From Candidatus Melainabacteria bacterium 17Bon1m (lineage in GTDB: Bacteria; Cyanobacteriota; Vampirovibrionia; Obscuribacterales; Obscuribacteraceae): DNA of 64,000 nucleotides. The stretch is taken from assembly GCA_032128875.1 (NCBI GenBank), contig JAVLKG010000011.1:96001-160000 (forward strand), read 5' to 3'. The position numbers and the translations under genes are program-made. Below are positions 1 through 9,589 of the stretch, piece after piece. The notes under the pieces are model-generated. The model was not told the origin of the DNA. It searched no databases and saw only the letters and a program-made list of their open reading frames with translations. Numbering within the stretch: the first letter of the stretch is position 1; each line of letters begins with the position of its first letter.

Positions 1-307
1 CTTCGCCACGTCCCAGGCTGAATTGGAATGGTTCGCCACGGTCACGTGAGCTGTCGAATTTGCTGCCGTTGGTGAGCCAACCGGTGTAGTGCACAGAAAC
101 TCTTTGACCTTGACGCGGAGATGGTCCACTTCCGACCGTGATGTCTTGATACTTCAAGCCGCTTGGAGTCGTTACACCTTGGCCTTGAGCCAACTTGTTC
201 TTGTCTTTCGAGAAGAGACCTTTCGCTTCCATTCCTGTTGCTGGTGCAAAAAGAATTGCAAGCAGTGCAGCCGTAGCCGCTAATTTCTTTGAGTTGATTT
301 CGGTCAT
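1..307 (-). CDS. FKBP-type peptidyl-prolyl cis-trans isomerase with N-terminal signal peptide (3' end outside window)
   Basis: Manual translation from ATG 307: [23 protein letters not shown]...[59 protein letters not shown], which has the classic FKBP motifs. Confidence 0.92.
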   Translation of the reverse strand, partial: MTEINSKKLAATAALLAILFAPATGMEAKGLFSKDKNKLAQGQGVTTPSGLKYQDITVGSGPSPRQGQRVSVHYTGWLTNGSKFDSSRDRGEPFQFSLGRGE

Positions 308-562
308 TATTTGCGCCTTTTCACTGACTCGGAATACGATTTATCAATCGCGTCATTATAGCTTCGATATAAATTTGATGCCTGTTGTTAACCACCGCTC
401 CCAAAACAAAAATTGAAGGTGGCACAAAACTAGGCCTGTTAGCCTTTAGCGGACGTTCGAGCGTGTATCCTTAAGTAACAGTGATTTGGGTATGAAATCA
501 CTCGGTACCAATGCGCCTTACTTGCCAGGCTTGATGCCTAAGACATTTCAAGGGAATCCACG

Positions 563-1159
563 ATGACCAGGTTACTGCTAGTTGACGATCACGAAGAGAC
601 CAGAATTAAGGTCCGTGAACAGTTGACTCAGGGCGGTTTAATCAAAATTGTCGGCGAGGCGGCAACCTCGGACGAAGCCTGGCGGATGGCTAAAGAACTT
701 CTGCCCGAAATGGTTTTGCTCGACCTTCACTTGCCGGGTTTTATTCAAACTCACGACCTGATTAAACGACTGGTTTCCCTTCGCAACGGCAAAGTGCTTG
801 TTTTTGCCAGTCAGAGCAAAGCCGCCGAAGTGCAAGGATTGCTCGATTGTGGCGCCTCTGGTTACGTTATGAAAGATGACCCGCCCGCCCTATTGCGCAT
901 GGCAATTGTCATGGTCCAGAAAGGCAACAATAATGTTCTGACGCCCAATTTGCCGCGCCATATCACTCACCTTTCACAGGATGAGCGGCATATCCTCACT
1001 TACATCACTATGCGTGGAAAACTCAACAAAGCCGCCGAGCGCATGGGTCTGACGGATGAAGAGTTCAACGAGCACATCGAGTCTCTTGTCGAAAAGTTAG
1101 AACTCGAAGATGCCGACAAGCTAGTTAAATGGGCGAAGAAGCACGGTTTTCAGGTGTAG
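563..1159 (+). CDS. NarL/FixJ-type response regulator (REC domain plus degenerate LuxR-type HTH)
   Basis: LLVDDH, LLDLHLP (phospho-Asp), GASGYVMKD; C-terminal HTH-like segment. Confidence 0.85.
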   Translation: MTRLLLVDDHEETRIKVREQLTQGGLIKIVGEAATSDEAWRMAKELLPEMVLLDLHLPGFIQTHDLIKRLVSLRNGKVLVFASQSKAAEVQGLLDCGASGYVMKDDPPALLRMAIVMVQKGNNNVLTPNLPRHITHLSQDERHILTYITMRGKLNKAAERMGLTDEEFNEHIESLVEKLELEDADKLVKWAKKHGFQV

Positions 1160-1276
1160 CCTGGCAGTGCCGGCGGCTTGCCGGATATTTTTTATGTGAG
1201 AGCACACTGCATGCGACCAATTTTTTGACGAGCGCGTGAGACGCGCCCCCACGGCTGTCTATCTGTTCATCAAGAT

Positions 1277-2002
1277 TTACTTCGGGGCCACAAACGGCGT
1301 GATGACAATGAGCCCCAGTAGCAGGCTCCCGAATATGACTGCACACAGTTCAAGCGACGAAAACGCCTGTCTGACCAACGCATCCTTTGGCTCGTGCTGT
1401 TTCCAATATTGATTTAGCCAATGCTGCGCGACTGCCATGGGGGCAAACGACGTCAGGCAAAAGAGAAACAGCGTAGAAGGCAAATTGCCCAGCATGTATA
1501 AAGCGAACATCGCCGTCAAAAGTAGGCCGGCCGTGATTCTTGGGTGCTTTGCACGGTATGTGTTCTTGTCAGGCTCGATTCTTGCAATCTGGTTGAATAG
1601 CTGAAAAGCCAGAAAGAGGTTTAGCAACGGCACAAACATTCCAAGCGTCAAAAGAATTGGATCTCGTCCCTTGACGCCTTCCAGCTCGGCGCCTCCAGTG
1701 TAAGCAACCAGCCTTTCGTCCGCTTCTTCTTCGCCTGCCGCAAGCTTTTGAGCGTGAATCATCAGCGACCAGTTCTTTGCAAACCAGAAGGGTGAATAGG
1801 TTGCAAGTGTGAGGATATGCAAGACGATGACATGCCAAACAGGCTGCCTCCGCGACTCTTGCAGATATGTCGCTTCCTCTTTCTTCTCTGTGACAGAAGT
1901 AATGACCAAAACTCCAGTTGATGCCAATTTTGTGCACAAATTGCTTGTGCCAGACGGTATTATAATCGTCAGCCAAATGGACGTTCGGGGAGCAACCCAC
2001 AA
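1277..2002 (-). CDS. Multi-pass membrane protein (DUF4234-like); true start probably near 1909
   Basis: Several hydrophobic helices; ILTLATYSPFWF motif. Confidence 0.6.
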   Translation of the reverse strand: MWVAPRTSIWLTIIIPSGTSNLCTKLASTGVLVITSVTEKKEEATYLQESRRQPVWHVIVLHILTLATYSPFWFAKNWSLMIHAQKLAAGEEEADERLVAYTGGAELEGVKGRDPILLTLGMFVPLLNLFLAFQLFNQIARIEPDKNTYRAKHPRITAGLLLTAMFALYMLGNLPSTLFLFCLTSFAPMAVAQHWLNQYWKQHEPKDALVRQAFSSLELCAVIFGSLLLGLIVITPFVAPK

Positions 2003-2087
2003 GACACGCCGTGGCTGAAGCTTTGAAACGACGCGCTTCTTGGCGACGTCGACTCAGAAATCGTGAGCGCAAGCGAGGGAAAGATAA

Positions 2088-2432
2088 ATGGTTAATTCGG
2101 TCATACTTGTCGGACGAGCTGGGCGCGATCCTGAAATGCGCTATTTCGAGTCGGGTCGTGTCAAGACCACATTCAGTCTCGCTGTAAATCGTCCTACTAA
2201 GGACAAAGAAACCGACTGGTTCGATATCGAAATTTGGGGACGTCAGGCTGAAATCGCCGGCGAATACGTACGCAAAGGCAGCTTGATCGGCATCGAGGGT
2301 AGACTTGATTTCAGCAAGTGGACCGATGACGGTGGCAATAAGAACGTTCGCCCGATTATCAACGCCAATGGCTTGAGACTGCTCGGCAGCAAACGCGATA
2401 ACGAAGCCAACATGTCGATGTCCGACGAATAG
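2088..2432 (+). CDS. ssb: Single-stranded DNA-binding protein (short, cyanobacterial-like)
   Basis: NSVILVGRAGRDPEMRYFESG, FSLAVNR, DWFDIEIWG, YVRKGSLIGIEGRL. Confidence 0.95.
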   Translation: MVNSVILVGRAGRDPEMRYFESGRVKTTFSLAVNRPTKDKETDWFDIEIWGRQAEIAGEYVRKGSLIGIEGRLDFSKWTDDGGNKNVRPIINANGLRLLGSKRDNEANMSMSDE

Positions 2433-2507
2433 TTCGAAGCAAAGCAACTTTCGACTTAGACGAAACGTTCGACAGAGAGCGTTCGACTCTTCTAAAAACC
2501 GAGGACC

Positions 2508-4136
2508 GTGGCCACTAGTGCTGCTCAGATTGGCTGGATAGATTACGTCATCATCGGCGTTTACTTCGTCTTTGTCATCGGCATTGGTTATGTTCTCAAA
2601 GGTAAGATGAAGTCCAGCGAGGACTTTTTCCTATCGGGGCACAACATCCCAAGCTGGGTGACCGGGCTTGCTTTTCTTTCTGCAAACCTGGGCGCCATCG
2701 AAGTAATGGGCATGGCTGCCAATGCTGCTCAGTACGGTGTGATGACCGCACACTTCTATTGGATCGGCGCGATACCGGCGATGGTGTTTCTTGCTGTATT
2801 CATGATGCCGTTTTACTACGGCTCTAAAGTGCGCAGTGTGCCTGAATATCTGAAGATGCGCTTCAATGAGCCAACGCGCGCACTGAATGCAATTTCGTTT
2901 GCAGTCATGACTGTGCTGATGTCGGGCATCAATCTATACGCCATGGCGTTGGTGTTCAAACTACTCTTGAACTGGTCCATCGACGCTTCGATATTCGCAG
3001 CCGCCGGTGTGGTTCTTGCTTACACTTACATGGGCGGATTGACCTCGTCTATCTACAACGAAGTCATGCAGTTTTTCCTGATCGTTTTCGGATTACTCCC
3101 AATTTCGATCATCGGTTTGTGCAAAGTAGGTGGATGGGCTGGGCTTTGTGAAAAACTCAAAGAGCCTGCATTTGCGCATCTTTGGATGCATGCCGGCACA
3201 TCTGCGAATCCAATGGGCGTTGATTGGATTGCCATTTGCTCTGGTCTTGGTTTTGTTCTTTCCTTCGGATATTGGTGCACTGACTTTCTCGTCATTCAGC
3301 GAGCGCTGGCGGCGGAAAGTCTTCCTGCTGCTCAGAGAACGCCGCTGATCGCTGCATTCCCGAAAGTTCTCTTCCCTGCCCTTACTGTTTTGCCTGGGCT
3401 GATTGCACTGGTGCTGATACCCGGCCTGGGTTCGAACAATGAAGGCATGCGCTATGACATGGCGCTCCCCTTGCTGCTTCCGATGATGTATCCGAGCGGT
3501 ATGTTAGGCGTTGGTTTGACCGCGATGCTGGCAAGCTTCATGTCCGGAATGGCCGGTAATGTCACCGCATTTAATACCGTCTGGACCTATGACCTTTATC
3601 AGAGTTACATTCGCCCCAATCAATCAGATCAGCATTATCTCTGGATGGGAAAAGTTGCAACTGCAGTCGGCATCCTAATTAGCATCGCCACTGCTTATAT
3701 TGCCATGGGCTTTCCAAGCATCATGGACTATATGCAGAATATCTTCTCATTCTTTAACGCGCCGCTTTTTGCAACATTCTTGCTCGGTATGTTCTGGAAG
3801 CGCACCACACCATGGGCTGCTTTCTTTGGTCTCGTAATCGGCACTCTGACCGCTATTTTGCATTTCTACGTTTTGACTGGCCATGAACCGTTTGTCTACA
3901 CATCGGTTATGGCTGGAAATTTCTGGCGCTCGACTTTTGCCTGGTTGGCGTGTTTCATTTCGACAATTGTCATTTCGTTCTTCACAAAGCCCAAGCCTGA
4001 AGAAGAGCTTGAGGGGCTGGTTTGGGGCAAGCCCAAAGAAGTTTCGACTGAGGTTTTGGTTTGGTACAAACGTCCAGGCATTCTTGCGATTATCATCCTG
4101 GTTTTCACAATCGCTTTGAATTTTCTCTTCTGGTAG
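2508..4136 (+). CDS. Sodium:solute symporter (SSS family)
   Basis: 13-14 TM helices; EDFFLSG, SVPEYLKMRF, YWCTDFLVIQRALAA motifs. Confidence 0.92.
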   Translation: MATSAAQIGWIDYVIIGVYFVFVIGIGYVLKGKMKSSEDFFLSGHNIPSWVTGLAFLSANLGAIEVMGMAANAAQYGVMTAHFYWIGAIPAMVFLAVFMMPFYYGSKVRSVPEYLKMRFNEPTRALNAISFAVMTVLMSGINLYAMALVFKLLLNWSIDASIFAAAGVVLAYTYMGGLTSSIYNEVMQFFLIVFGLLPISIIGLCKVGGWAGLCEKLKEPAFAHLWMHAGTSANPMGVDWIAICSGLGFVLSFGYWCTDFLVIQRALAAESLPAAQRTPLIAAFPKVLFPALTVLPGLIALVLIPGLGSNNEGMRYDMALPLLLPMMYPSGMLGVGLTAMLASFMSGMAGNVTAFNTVWTYDLYQSYIRPNQSDQHYLWMGKVATAVGILISIATAYIAMGFPSIMDYMQNIFSFFNAPLFATFLLGMFWKRTTPWAAFFGLVIGTLTAILHFYVLTGHEPFVYTSVMAGNFWRSTFAWLACFISTIVISFFTKPKPEEELEGLVWGKPKEVSTEVLVWYKRPGILAIIILVFTIALNFLFW

Positions 4137-4157
4137 TGGCGCATATGGTGGAAGAAA

Positions 4158-4373
4158 ATGCTTGATATTCGCATACCAATCGCCGCACTTTTCATAGTTG
4201 TAGGCGTTCTCTTAGTCGGCTACGGCTTTGTCGTTCCAACTGCAGTTGATGTGCCATTGAATGGAACTACTTATTCATTCAATTTGAACCGTGACTGGGG
4301 CGCGATAATCTTCTTGTTCGGAATATTCATGGGCACGCTGGTAAAGATGGACAAAGCGAAACCCTCAAAATAA
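4158..4373 (+). CDS. Small two-TM membrane protein, probably associated with the SSS transporter
   Basis: 71 aa, two hydrophobic segments, 21 nt downstream of the SSS gene. Confidence 0.7.
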   Translation: MLDIRIPIAALFIVVGVLLVGYGFVVPTAVDVPLNGTTYSFNLNRDWGAIIFLFGIFMGTLVKMDKAKPSK

Positions 4374-4440
4374 CGCATTGTTGCGCGATTTCATTTTGCG
4401 TGCTATATGTATGTATGGTATCGACTGTATCACAAGATAC

Positions 4441-4573
4441 GCCGTCTGAGCGGTTCTTCGCCGCTTTGTCGGATTCCGTCTGCCTACGCGTAGGACGAGG
4501 TTTTGAAATATACTGGAATAAAGCTTATTAACGCGCCGACTCGTCTTTTTAATACAAGAGCCGCTTAGGAGGT
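4441..4573 (+). promoter_or_regulatory. Putative structured 5' leader able to sequester the Shine-Dalgarno sequence of the 4581 ORF
   Basis: 4446-4458 CTGAGCGGTTCTT pairs with 4556-4568 AAGAGCCGCTTAG (13 bp, 2 G-U), abutting AGGAGG; competing local hairpin AGCGG/CCGCT at 4449-4465. Confidence 0.45.
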
Positions 4574-4580
4574 TAAGTCA

Positions 4581-5096
4581 ATGAGTGACAGTGAAATGGA
4601 AAAACCTATAGCAGCGCTTCACTCCGCTATTAAAGAGATGGTGCAGCAGCAGCGTCAAACTAATGAGCGACTAGACTCAGTTTCGACCGAAGTGAGATCT
4701 GGTCTGCAGGTTTTAGCGGATAAGCAAGATAAAACAAACGAGCGTTTGGACAAAACAAACGAGCGTTTGGACAAAACAAACGAGCGTCTTGATTTTGTAG
4801 CTTTGGAGTTTCGAGCTGGATTTGATTATCTGTCCAAAGAGCAGATCAAGACTAATGAAAAATTGGATAAGACCAACGCGAAGCTTGATTCTACGATTAC
4901 AACCCTCAACGATTTCAAAGTCCATGTGAGCAAGAAATTGGATGGCGTCGGAACCTACCTCATGTCGATTGATGATCAGCTCCACAATCATGAGAAGTGG
5001 TTGCGAAGATTGGACGATCGACTATACGAACAGGATAAATGGATACGCAAGCTCAGCGACCGCATAGTTCAAAGCGAATCGCCTAAGGACACATAG
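4581..5096 (+). CDS. Hypothetical coiled-coil protein with DKTNERL heptad repeats
   Basis: Strong AGGAGG RBS; continuous heptad pattern. Confidence 0.8.
   Translation: MSDSEMEKPIAALHSAIKEMVQQQRQTNERLDSVSTEVRSGLQVLADKQDKTNERLDKTNERLDKTNERLDFVALEFRAGFDYLSKEQIKTNEKLDKTNAKLDSTITTLNDFKVHVSKKLDGVGTYLMSIDDQLHNHEKWLRRLDDRLYEQDKWIRKLSDRIVQSESPKDT
4728..4790 (+). repeat. 3 x 21-bp in-frame tandem repeat (GAYAAAACAAACGAGCGTYTK)
   Basis: Directly visible; encodes DKTNERL three times. Confidence 0.95.
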
Positions 5097-5101
5097 GTAG
5101 G

Positions 5102-5743
5102 CTAGCGTTCTTTCACCAAAGAAAGAAAGTGATTGCGCACGTCTACTGTTTTGATGTGGATGACTCGCCCTGATTTGATTAAGTGTTCCAAGCTCAAATC
5201 GCACGCGACTAACATCGCGGCATCGAGATCTGCCTTTTTATTTGGATTGTTCTTCAACGCATTCCAAATTGGATCGGTGAAATCTTTGGGGCGAGATTCT
5301 TCCAAACAATCAGCGAGGAAAACAACTTTAGACAAATTGGTCATGCCGACTTTGCCGAGAGTATGCTCTGCAACTGCGTCAAGCAAGTCTTGATGTTTGA
5401 TGTTCAGTTCGTCTCTTGCGACAAAAGCTGCGACGGGTCCATGCAGTAAATGACCATTCTCTTTTTCAACATCATTCAGTTTTAGACCATAGGACAGAGC
5501 TGCTTTTACCAGCTCTTTGTCTTTCCATTCCTTGCAGCCGTCGTGAAGCCAACCGGCAAGCTCTGAGAGAAACGCATCTTCTGCTGCAAGTTCTGCTATT
5601 TCTTTTCCAACAGCCGCAACACCTTCGATGTGCCGAAACCGCTTTTCAGTGACGCGAGGTTTCGCCCACTTGCGTGCAGCTTCCAGAGTCAAATCTTCCG
5701 GAATACCTTTGTACTTCAATTTGATGGAAGAGTTCTTGCTCAT
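5102..5743 (-). CDS. yqeK: HD-domain Ap4A hydrolase YqeK
   Basis: KRFRHIEGV, WLHDGCKE, LLHGPVAA, EHTLG, VFLADCLE; overlaps the nadD stop. Confidence 0.88.
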   Translation of the reverse strand: MSKNSSIKLKYKGIPEDLTLEAARKWAKPRVTEKRFRHIEGVAAVGKEIAELAAEDAFLSELAGWLHDGCKEWKDKELVKAALSYGLKLNDVEKENGHLLHGPVAAFVARDELNIKHQDLLDAVAEHTLGKVGMTNLSKVVFLADCLEESRPKDFTDPIWNALKNNPNKKADLDAAMLVACDLSLEHLIKSGRVIHIKTVDVRNHFLSLVKER

Positions 5744-6456
5744 TTCGAATTCGCGTTTGACTTTGTTTTCGATTGAACGGCGTGGCGTTCGGTGTAATAG
5801 CCTTCGCTCATCAGCATTTCATTGACTTCCCGGGGCACCATGTAGCGAACCGATTTTCCTTCTCTTAGTCTTTCGCGAATGCCGGAGCTTGAGATGGCTA
5901 CGCCTGGAAAATCGATTAGAGCCCAATCCGCATCTTTCGGCATGTTGTACTTTTCCGGATCCGGATTTGACTCTGTTTTCTGCATTTTTCTTACGAGTGG
6001 ATTTGTCTGTTCAGTCTCGTATTCCAGACGTGGAGCCACAAGAATACGGCACGCCTTAATTAGTTCATCGACTTTGTGCCAACTTCCAATCTGCACAAAA
6101 TTGTCGCCACCGATGATGAAGTTGAGTTTTACCTCAGGACCAAACTTTTCGTGAAAGTATTCCATCGTGTCGGCTGTATACGAGAGTCCTTGCCGTTTTA
6201 TTTCAACATCGGACGCTTCGAAGAAATTATTTGTCGACACCGCTGCTAATACCAATTTGTGGCGAGATTCTTGATCGAGCTGTTCGTCGTCTCTGTGGGG
6301 CGGAGTGCCACTGGTTACGAAAATAACTTTTTCGAGTTGAAATTGAACTCGCGCAAACTCAGCAATCAACAGATGTCCGTGGTGAATCGGGTTGAAAGTT
6401 CCGCCGAAAATTCCGACCTGTCTGGTCACTGTTGATTCCTTATTAATGATCAGCAA
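5740..6456 (-). CDS. nadD: Nicotinate-nucleotide adenylyltransferase
   Basis: GIFGGTFNPIHHGHL, SYTADT, FIIGGD, ISSSGIR; start may be GTG 6429. Confidence 0.95.
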   Translation of the reverse strand: MLIINKESTVTRQVGIFGGTFNPIHHGHLLIAEFARVQFQLEKVIFVTSGTPPHRDDEQLDQESRHKLVLAAVSTNNFFEASDVEIKRQGLSYTADTMEYFHEKFGPEVKLNFIIGGDNFVQIGSWHKVDELIKACRILVAPRLEYETEQTNPLVRKMQKTESNPDPEKYNMPKDADWALIDFPGVAISSSGIRERLREGKSVRYMVPREVNEMLMSEGYYTERHAVQSKTKSNANSK

Positions 6457-7654
6457 AGTGCGAAGTTCGTGGGCGCGTGTAAATGCGCGGCAACCTTACT
6501 CGCAAATTGCAAGCCAACTCGTAGGTAATGGTATCAAGCATTCCCGCCCATTGTGCAAGGGTTAGGCAGGGTGAATGTTGAGCGCCGGACTCGTCACCAC
6601 TGCTCTGCTCGTGCCCGATGAGCGTTATGACGTCTCCCTCTTGCGCCTGAGGCACGTCGGTTATATCCACTAACATCTGGTCCATACTAATGATTCCGAC
6701 CTGCGGAATTTGTTTTCCCATAAGAAGGCACGACATTCTATTTGATAGACGGCGATTGACCCCGTCTGCATAGCCGATGGGTATGGATGCCAGTCGCGAC
6801 TTTCTTTTAGCTGTCCAAGTGAAGTTGTATCCTGCTGATTCGCCTTCCTCAATTTCTTGGGTGTGATTGATGCGAGCGCGAACTGACATAGAAGGTATGA
6901 GAATCTCAGAGTCTTTCTTTGCTTCCAATCCGTACAGATATATGCCGACGCGGACCATGTCGTAATGTGTTTGCGGGAAATATCGAACTGCCTCACTGGA
7001 TGCCAGGTGGGATAGGAAAGGCGTTTTTATGACGGAGCGAGCGCGTTCCACGCATTGTTTAAAGACTGAATTTTGTTTTTGTGTCGCCTCTTGATCACCT
7101 GCCATCGCCAGATGGCTGAAGATACTCACGAGGTTCAAGCTTTCAGACTGCTTTACCAAATCCAGCATCGGTTCGAGATTTTGAGGCAACACACCCAAAC
7201 GGTGCATGCCGCTGTCGACCTTTATGTTGACCTTGGCGACCCGCTTTATTCTTTGGGCGGTCTGATTGACGTCTTTCAATTCTGAAAGAGATGTCACTGT
7301 CATGTCGAGGTCGGTCTCAATTGCGGTTTTGACCGCCCAATTCGGAGCCGGGCCAAGAATAAGCACAGGAGCTTTAATGTCGGCGGCTCTAAGTTGGCAA
7401 GCCTCGTCCACAGAAGCCACGCCAAGCCAGTCCGCGCCCATGGCGATGAGCATTTCAGCTACTTGAACGCTTCCATGTCCATAGCCGTCGCCCTTAACAA
7501 CCGCCATGATCTTTGTCTTCCTGGTTTGGGCGGATTTTCCACCTGGTAAAAAGCCCGAAACCGTAGACAGGTTCTTCTCTATGGCAGACAGGTCAACCTC
7601 TACCCAGGCATCGCGTCTGACTGATGACAGGGTTTGTTGTCTCTGTTGAACCAT
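6443..7654 (-). CDS. alr: Alanine racemase
   Basis: AVVKGDGYGHG (PLP Lys), KVDSGMHRLG, IGYADG, SMDQ. Confidence 0.95.
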   Translation of the reverse strand: MVQQRQQTLSSVRRDAWVEVDLSAIEKNLSTVSGFLPGGKSAQTRKTKIMAVVKGDGYGHGSVQVAEMLIAMGADWLGVASVDEACQLRAADIKAPVLILGPAPNWAVKTAIETDLDMTVTSLSELKDVNQTAQRIKRVAKVNIKVDSGMHRLGVLPQNLEPMLDLVKQSESLNLVSIFSHLAMAGDQEATQKQNSVFKQCVERARSVIKTPFLSHLASSEAVRYFPQTHYDMVRVGIYLYGLEAKKDSEILIPSMSVRARINHTQEIEEGESAGYNFTWTAKRKSRLASIPIGYADGVNRRLSNRMSCLLMGKQIPQVGIISMDQMLVDITDVPQAQEGDVITLIGHEQSSGDESGAQHSPCLTLAQWAGMLDTITYELACNLRVRLPRIYTRPRTSHFADH

Positions 7655-7892
7655 TAGTAATATCTCTAAACACGATAAATGTAGGACCCTTGCGGGGTTG
7701 AAACTTTATGCTAGCATTGCTCTCAGCCGTATTCACAAGTAGGCTCAGGCCTGCGCTTGTTTGAGTTTAGGTGACACTAAACTTAGTCATAGCATTCAAA
7801 TCTTCTAGATTCGAGTTCGGCAAAGGAAATTCTTGGAGTCTTTTGGAGTCCCTTTGGTAGAAGCGTCACCACTAGAATTTGGGAGTTGGGCC

Positions 7893-8174
7893 TTGAATAA
7901 AGCGGAATTAGTGGACATCGTGGCTAAAGAAGCAGCAACCACGAAGAAAGATGCCGAACAAGTTATCAACAAGATGATGGAAACCATCATCAAGCATGTT
8001 GCAACCGGCGAAAAAGTTACTTTGGTTGGATTCGGAACGTTCGAAGCACGTCAGCGCAAAGCGCGTACCGGCCGCAACCCTAAGACAAATGAACCTCTTC
8101 ATATTCCAGCGAAGCGTGTTCCTGGATTCAGAGTCGGCAAAGAATTTAGCGAAGCCGTCAACAAGAAAAAGTAG
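7893..8174 (+). CDS. hup: DNA-binding protein HU (canonical length, TTG start)
   Basis: NKAELVD...VTLVGFGTFE...RTGRNPKT; GGGAG RBS before TTG 7893. Confidence 0.93.
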   Translation: MNKAELVDIVAKEAATTKKDAEQVINKMMETIIKHVATGEKVTLVGFGTFEARQRKARTGRNPKTNEPLHIPAKRVPGFRVGKEFSEAVNKKK

Positions 8175-8199
8175 GCGACTCAGTCGCTGAGGAGACTTT

Positions 8200-9186
8200 T
8201 TGGAGTTCCCCAAGGTAGGACTTATAGGATGCGGCAACTGGGGTAAAAACCTGGTTCGCAACTTTGCCAACCTGGGCGCTCTTGCAGTCGTGTGTGACTC
8301 TGACCCGGTGAAGCTCGAGCATGTGAAGCGAGAGCATCGTGGGGTCAGAGTCACTGACAATTTTCAAACCATGCTGGATGACCAGGATGTGAAGGCGATC
8401 GTCGTGGCAACGCCATCGGACACGCACTTCGACCTGGCTAAGCGTGCACTTGTTGCCGGAAAACACGTTTATGTGGAAAAACCACTGGCACGGGACGTGA
8501 AGCACGCTGATGAGCTTGACGAGCTGGCTACAAAGAACAATCTCGTGCTCATGGTTGGGCACCTTTTGCTCTACCATCCTGCCGTCAATCACCTCAAAGA
8601 TTTGATTGCGTCAGGCGAATTGGGCGAGGTCTTGTTCGTTCGTTCGGACCGAATGAATTTGAACATGGCTCGCAGAGACTGGAATGTGCTGTGGGACCTG
8701 GCTCCGCACGACATCTCCATGATGAGCTATTTGCTCGATTGCGAAGACACTCAAGTCAGTCGCGTGGGTGGCTGGGACACGCACGGCGACGGTCTCGTCG
8801 ACGTTGCTTATCTTGATTTGTCTTTCCCTGTAAATGGAAAGGAAATTCCTGGACAGGTTCGCAACAGCTGGGTCGATCCGCAGAAACAAGTGCGGCTCAC
8901 GGTCAATGGCAGCCTGAAAACCGCTGTTTTGAACGATGCTCAGACTGAAAACAAGCTGGCATTGCACAGCCTCAATCGCGACGGGCGTACCGTTGTTGAG
9001 TATCCAAGTTATGCGGATACTGAACCTTTGAATGTTGAATGCGAACACTTCCTCAACTGCATTGCAACCGGCGAGAGACCTCGTACGGATGCCAATAACG
9101 CCTATCAAGTTGTTCGAATTCTTTCTGACGTTGAAAAACGCTTATCAGGAAGACCAAGTGCCAGAGCGGCTCTCGGCGTTAAGTAG
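8200..9186 (+). CDS. Gfo/Idh/MocA family oxidoreductase
   Basis: GLIGCGNWG, HVYVEKP, WDLAPHD. Confidence 0.88.
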   Translation: MEFPKVGLIGCGNWGKNLVRNFANLGALAVVCDSDPVKLEHVKREHRGVRVTDNFQTMLDDQDVKAIVVATPSDTHFDLAKRALVAGKHVYVEKPLARDVKHADELDELATKNNLVLMVGHLLLYHPAVNHLKDLIASGELGEVLFVRSDRMNLNMARRDWNVLWDLAPHDISMMSYLLDCEDTQVSRVGGWDTHGDGLVDVAYLDLSFPVNGKEIPGQVRNSWVDPQKQVRLTVNGSLKTAVLNDAQTENKLALHSLNRDGRTVVEYPSYADTEPLNVECEHFLNCIATGERPRTDANNAYQVVRILSDVEKRLSGRPSARAALGVK

Positions 9187-9252
9187 ATTGTCAGTTAGTG
9201 GCGTTGGCGCCAATTACTAAATAGATTTCGGCAAAATCTGTTTACGTGCCTT

Positions 9253-9282
9253 TTGAATTCTTGAGGCAACGCGCTATATAAT
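9253..9282 (+). promoter_or_regulatory. Sigma70-type promoter of tRNA-Gly
   Basis: TTGAAT-N18-TATAAT, 18 nt upstream of the tRNA. Confidence 0.6.
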
Positions 9283-9300
9283 GAGGAACGCGCTGAAATT

Positions 9301-9375
9301 GCGGGAGTAATTCAGTGGTAGAATGCCTCCTTGCCAAGGAGGATGTCGCGAGTTCGAGCCTCGTCTCCCGCTCCA
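9301..9375 (+). tRNA. tRNA-Gly (GCC), CCA encoded
   Basis: GCGGGAG/CTCCCGC acceptor stem, CCTCC-TTGCCAA-GGAGG anticodon arm, GTTCGAG T-loop, TCCA end. Confidence 0.97.
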
Positions 9376-9440
9376 TTTTTGTCTGAAATCATTGTGCCGA
9401 TTCCGCGAAGGAACCGGCGTTTCAGTCTGTGCTTTCGGTT

Positions 9441-9494
9441 GTACGGGAGCCGTAAGCGGCTCCCTGCACAGGGCTGCGCATGCGCAGCCCGTAC
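9441..9494. repeat. REP-like doublet palindrome, copy 1
   Basis: GTAC-GGGAGCCG-TAAG-CGGCTCCC-TGCACA-GGGCTGCGCATGCGCAGCCC-GTAC; homologous in reverse orientation to 16576-16628. Confidence 0.8.
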
Positions 9495-9589
9495 GAAGTG
9501 ATCCTGCTATATTAGGTCGAGCGACGGACTTAGCCGCTCGATTTGTTTACAGCCGTTCCAGCCATCCCAATCTGAAGGAATATGCACTG

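Noticed and set aside
9301-9500. tRNA-Gly as an integration site for an island or prophage
   Set aside because: No integrase and no duplicated tRNA 3' end seen in the window
9323-9589. N-terminal extension of the 9323-10183 ORF
   Set aside because: Overlaps tRNA-Gly, its terminator and the REP element; ATG 9590 has an RBS
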